From NCBI GenBank assembly GCA_963699545.1, contig CAVOUE010000003.1:672001-736000 (forward strand): DNA of 64,000 bases, given 5' to 3'. This DNA is from Nitrospirota bacterium. Lineage in GTDB: Bacteria > Nitrospirota > Thermodesulfovibrionia > Thermodesulfovibrionales > UBA9159. Each line of letters begins with the position of its first letter. Within the stretch, counting starts at the first letter, position 1. Shown piece by piece: positions 61,687 through 64,000 of this stretch. Both the position numbers and the translations under genes were made by a program. The notes below the pieces were generated by a model. It saw only the letters and a list, made by a program, of their open reading frames with translations, did not search any database and was not told the origin of the DNA.

Positions 61687-63904
61687 GAGCAGTAATCCTG
61701 TTCATCATCTGTTTATCCTTCTCAGCAAAGGCTCAAGCTGAGGAGAGCCAGCCCACAGCCTACGCCGGTTCCTCCAGCTGCCGGGAGTGCCATGAGAAGT
61801 TCTATCAGCTCTGGTCCACGTCCATGCACGGACTGGCCATGCAGCCCTATACGGCGAACTTTGCAAAGGCAAAGCTCACGCCTCAGCAGAACGATATTGT
61901 GATCAGGAAAGTATAAGTACCGCGCTGATATCAATGAAGGCGTAGTCATCGAAACAGGTCCGAAAGGCAAGAAAGAAATACAAGATCGAACACGTCCTGG
62001 GCGGAAAGAACGTCTATTATTTCCTGACGCCCCTCAAAAAGGGCAGGCTCCAGACCCTGCCGGTGGCCTATGATGTGAACAAGAAAGAATGGTTCGATAC
62101 GGCAGCCAGCGGCGTGCGCCAATTCCCGGGGGGGAGCCGGACCAGCCGGTCAACTGGAAGGAATCGCCTTACACCTTCAATACCGCCTGCTACAGCTGCC
62201 ACGTGAGCCAGCTCTCGACCAACTACGATCCTAAGACCGACACCTACCACACCACCTGGGCCGAGCCGGGCATCAACTGCGAGACCTGCCACGGCTCCGT
62301 CAGGCAGAGCACAACAAGATCGCGAAGGCCACACCGAAGGGACAGCCGCTTCCCGAACTCAGGCTCATCAGGACCAAGACCATGACCAAAGAGCAGCGCA
62401 ACGACCTCTGTTCGAGCTGCCATGCGAAGGCAAGTCCGCTGACCATTGAGTATAAACCCGAGGAACGGTTCTTTGACCATTTTGATCTCGTGACTCTGGA
62501 GGACCCCGATTATTATCCTGACGGCCGCGACCTGGGAGAGAATTATACCTTGACCTCGTGGCGCATGAGCCCCTGCGCCAAGTCGGGCAAGCTCGACTGC
62601 ATCCACTGCCATACCTCCAGCGGCCGCTACCGGTTCAAGAAAGAGAAGTTCAACGACGCCTGCATGCCCTGCCATGAGGACAAGGTGAAGAACCCGACAG
62701 AACATACGCACCATCCCGCGGAAAGCGAGGGAAGCAAGTGCATCTCCTGCCATATGCCCATGACCGCCTTTGCGCGGATGAACCGGAGCGACCATTCGAT
62801 GCTTCCGCCGGCGCCGGCAGCGACCATGGCATACAAGTCGCCGAATGCCTGCAACCTCTGCCACAAAGACAAAGACGCGGCATGGGCTGACAAATACGTG
62901 CGGCAATGGCGCACGCGGGACTACCAGGCGCCGGTGCTCAAACGGGCAGCGCTTATCGATGCCGCCCGCAAGCGGGACTGGTCCAAGCTGCCGGAGATGC
63001 TTGCGTATATCCAGAGCAAGGACCGCGACGAGGTCTTCGCCACCTCGCTCATCCGGCTTATGAGCTCATCCGTGCAGGACCGAACGGATCACTCCAGTTC
63101 TGCTCATCGCAGTCAAAGACCCGTCGCCCCTCGTGCGTGCCGCAGCAGTCCAGGCCCTGGGCCTGAGGCCGACCACGGAAAGTCTGCAGGCCCTGGTCGA
63201 GGCAACAGGCGATGAGTACCGGCTGGTAAGGGTCCGGGCCGCTGCAGGGATCGCGGCTATTCCCACGGATGACAGCTCACCGGTGACTATCAAGGCGCAG
63301 CTCAAGAAGGCGAACAAGGAATACCTTGCGTCCATCATGGCGCGGCCCGACCAGTGGACGTCCCATTACAACATGGGCAACTACCAGCTCAGCCGCGGCG
63401 AGACGCAAGGAGGCGGTTGCCTCTTACCAGGCAGCGCTCAAGCTCGAGCCGCAGGCGATCATGGCAATGGTGAACTCATCCATTGCCTATGCCCAGATGG
63501 GAGAGAACGACAAGGCAGAGAAATCCCTGCAGCAGGCCCTCAAGATGGCGCCTGACAATGCAGCAGCGAACTTCAACATGGGCCTTGTGAAGGCAGAGAA
63601 GAACGAGCCCAAGACAGGCCGAGAAGTATCTCAAGAAAGCCATAAAGGCCGATCCCCAGATGGCACAGGCGGCCTATAATCTCTGCATCATCACCGCAAA
63701 GGACCGCATCAACGAGGCGGTGACCTGGTGCAGGAAGGCGTCGGACCTCAGGCCGCAGGAACCCAAGTATGCCTATACGCTTGCGTTCTATCTGAACCAG
63801 AAGGGCGACAGGGACGAGGCGGTCAGGATATTAAAGGCAATCTAGAGAAGTATCCGGAGTACAAAGATGCCGAGATGCTTTTGAAGGAAATATCGAAGAA
63901 GTAG
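61683..63904 (+). CDS. Eight-heme cytochrome c with HEAT/TPR C-terminus (many apparent frameshifts)
   Basis: CRECH, CYSCH, CETCH, CSSCH, CIHCH, CMPCH, CISCH, CNLCH across successive ORFs, then HEAT and TPR segments. Confidence 0.8.
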
Positions 63905-63933
63905 CCAAGGTCATAAAGAAGGGGGTAAAGGAA

Positions 63934-64000
63934 ATGAAACAGAGCAAGAAGTTCGTCAGTATCATGCTACTTTTGTTATTCGTTATGGTTATCGGCCCCA
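63934..64000 (+). CDS. 5' end of a secreted protein (runs off the window)
   Basis: ATG after a purine-rich SD-like run; MKQSKKFVSIMLLLLFVMVIGP resembles a signal peptide. Confidence 0.5.
   Translation, partial: MKQSKKFVSIMLLLLFVMVIGP

Overview
Bacterial chromosomal window. Gene content (DUF507 pair after rpsF-ssb-rpsR, selenoproteins, GEMM riboswitches) suggests Nitrospirota or a deltaproteobacteria-like anaerobe; this is inference. Left to right: a rearranged type I-C-like cas operon (cas5-cas8-cas7-cas3-cas4-cas1, no array in the window) preceded by a 57-aa cas3 remnant; a RelE/Phd TA pair; a Sec-containing ArsM; rib/lep/ROK/nfo housekeeping genes; HigBA; a DGR-like cassette (DUF1566 surface protein with VR, avd, adenine-rich TR, no reverse transcriptase) joined to an exosortase; two B12 radical SAM genes and a GGDEF gene; moaAC; tol-pal; a Csu-type chaperone-usher pilus locus with two paralogous GEMM-I riboswitches that differ at the ligand-specificity base (G20 vs A20); a Sec-containing DUF1573 protein; an XRE/ImmA accessory islet and a MITE; truA, dksA, frr-pyrH-tsf-rpsB, an NtrBC-like pair, rpsF-ssb-rpsR; a GGDEF gene, HNH, DUF3300/DUF2950 and an eight-heme cytochrome-TPR gene. 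The two best candidates for undescribed systems are the exosortase-linked, RT-less DGR cassette (17046-19649) and the dual c-di-GMP/cGAMP-type riboswitch control of alternative pilins (34663-36838). Many conserved genes carry single-base frameshifts, probably sequencing or assembly indels, so pseudogene calls are unsafe. All family assignments come from motif recognition by eye, not from database searches.
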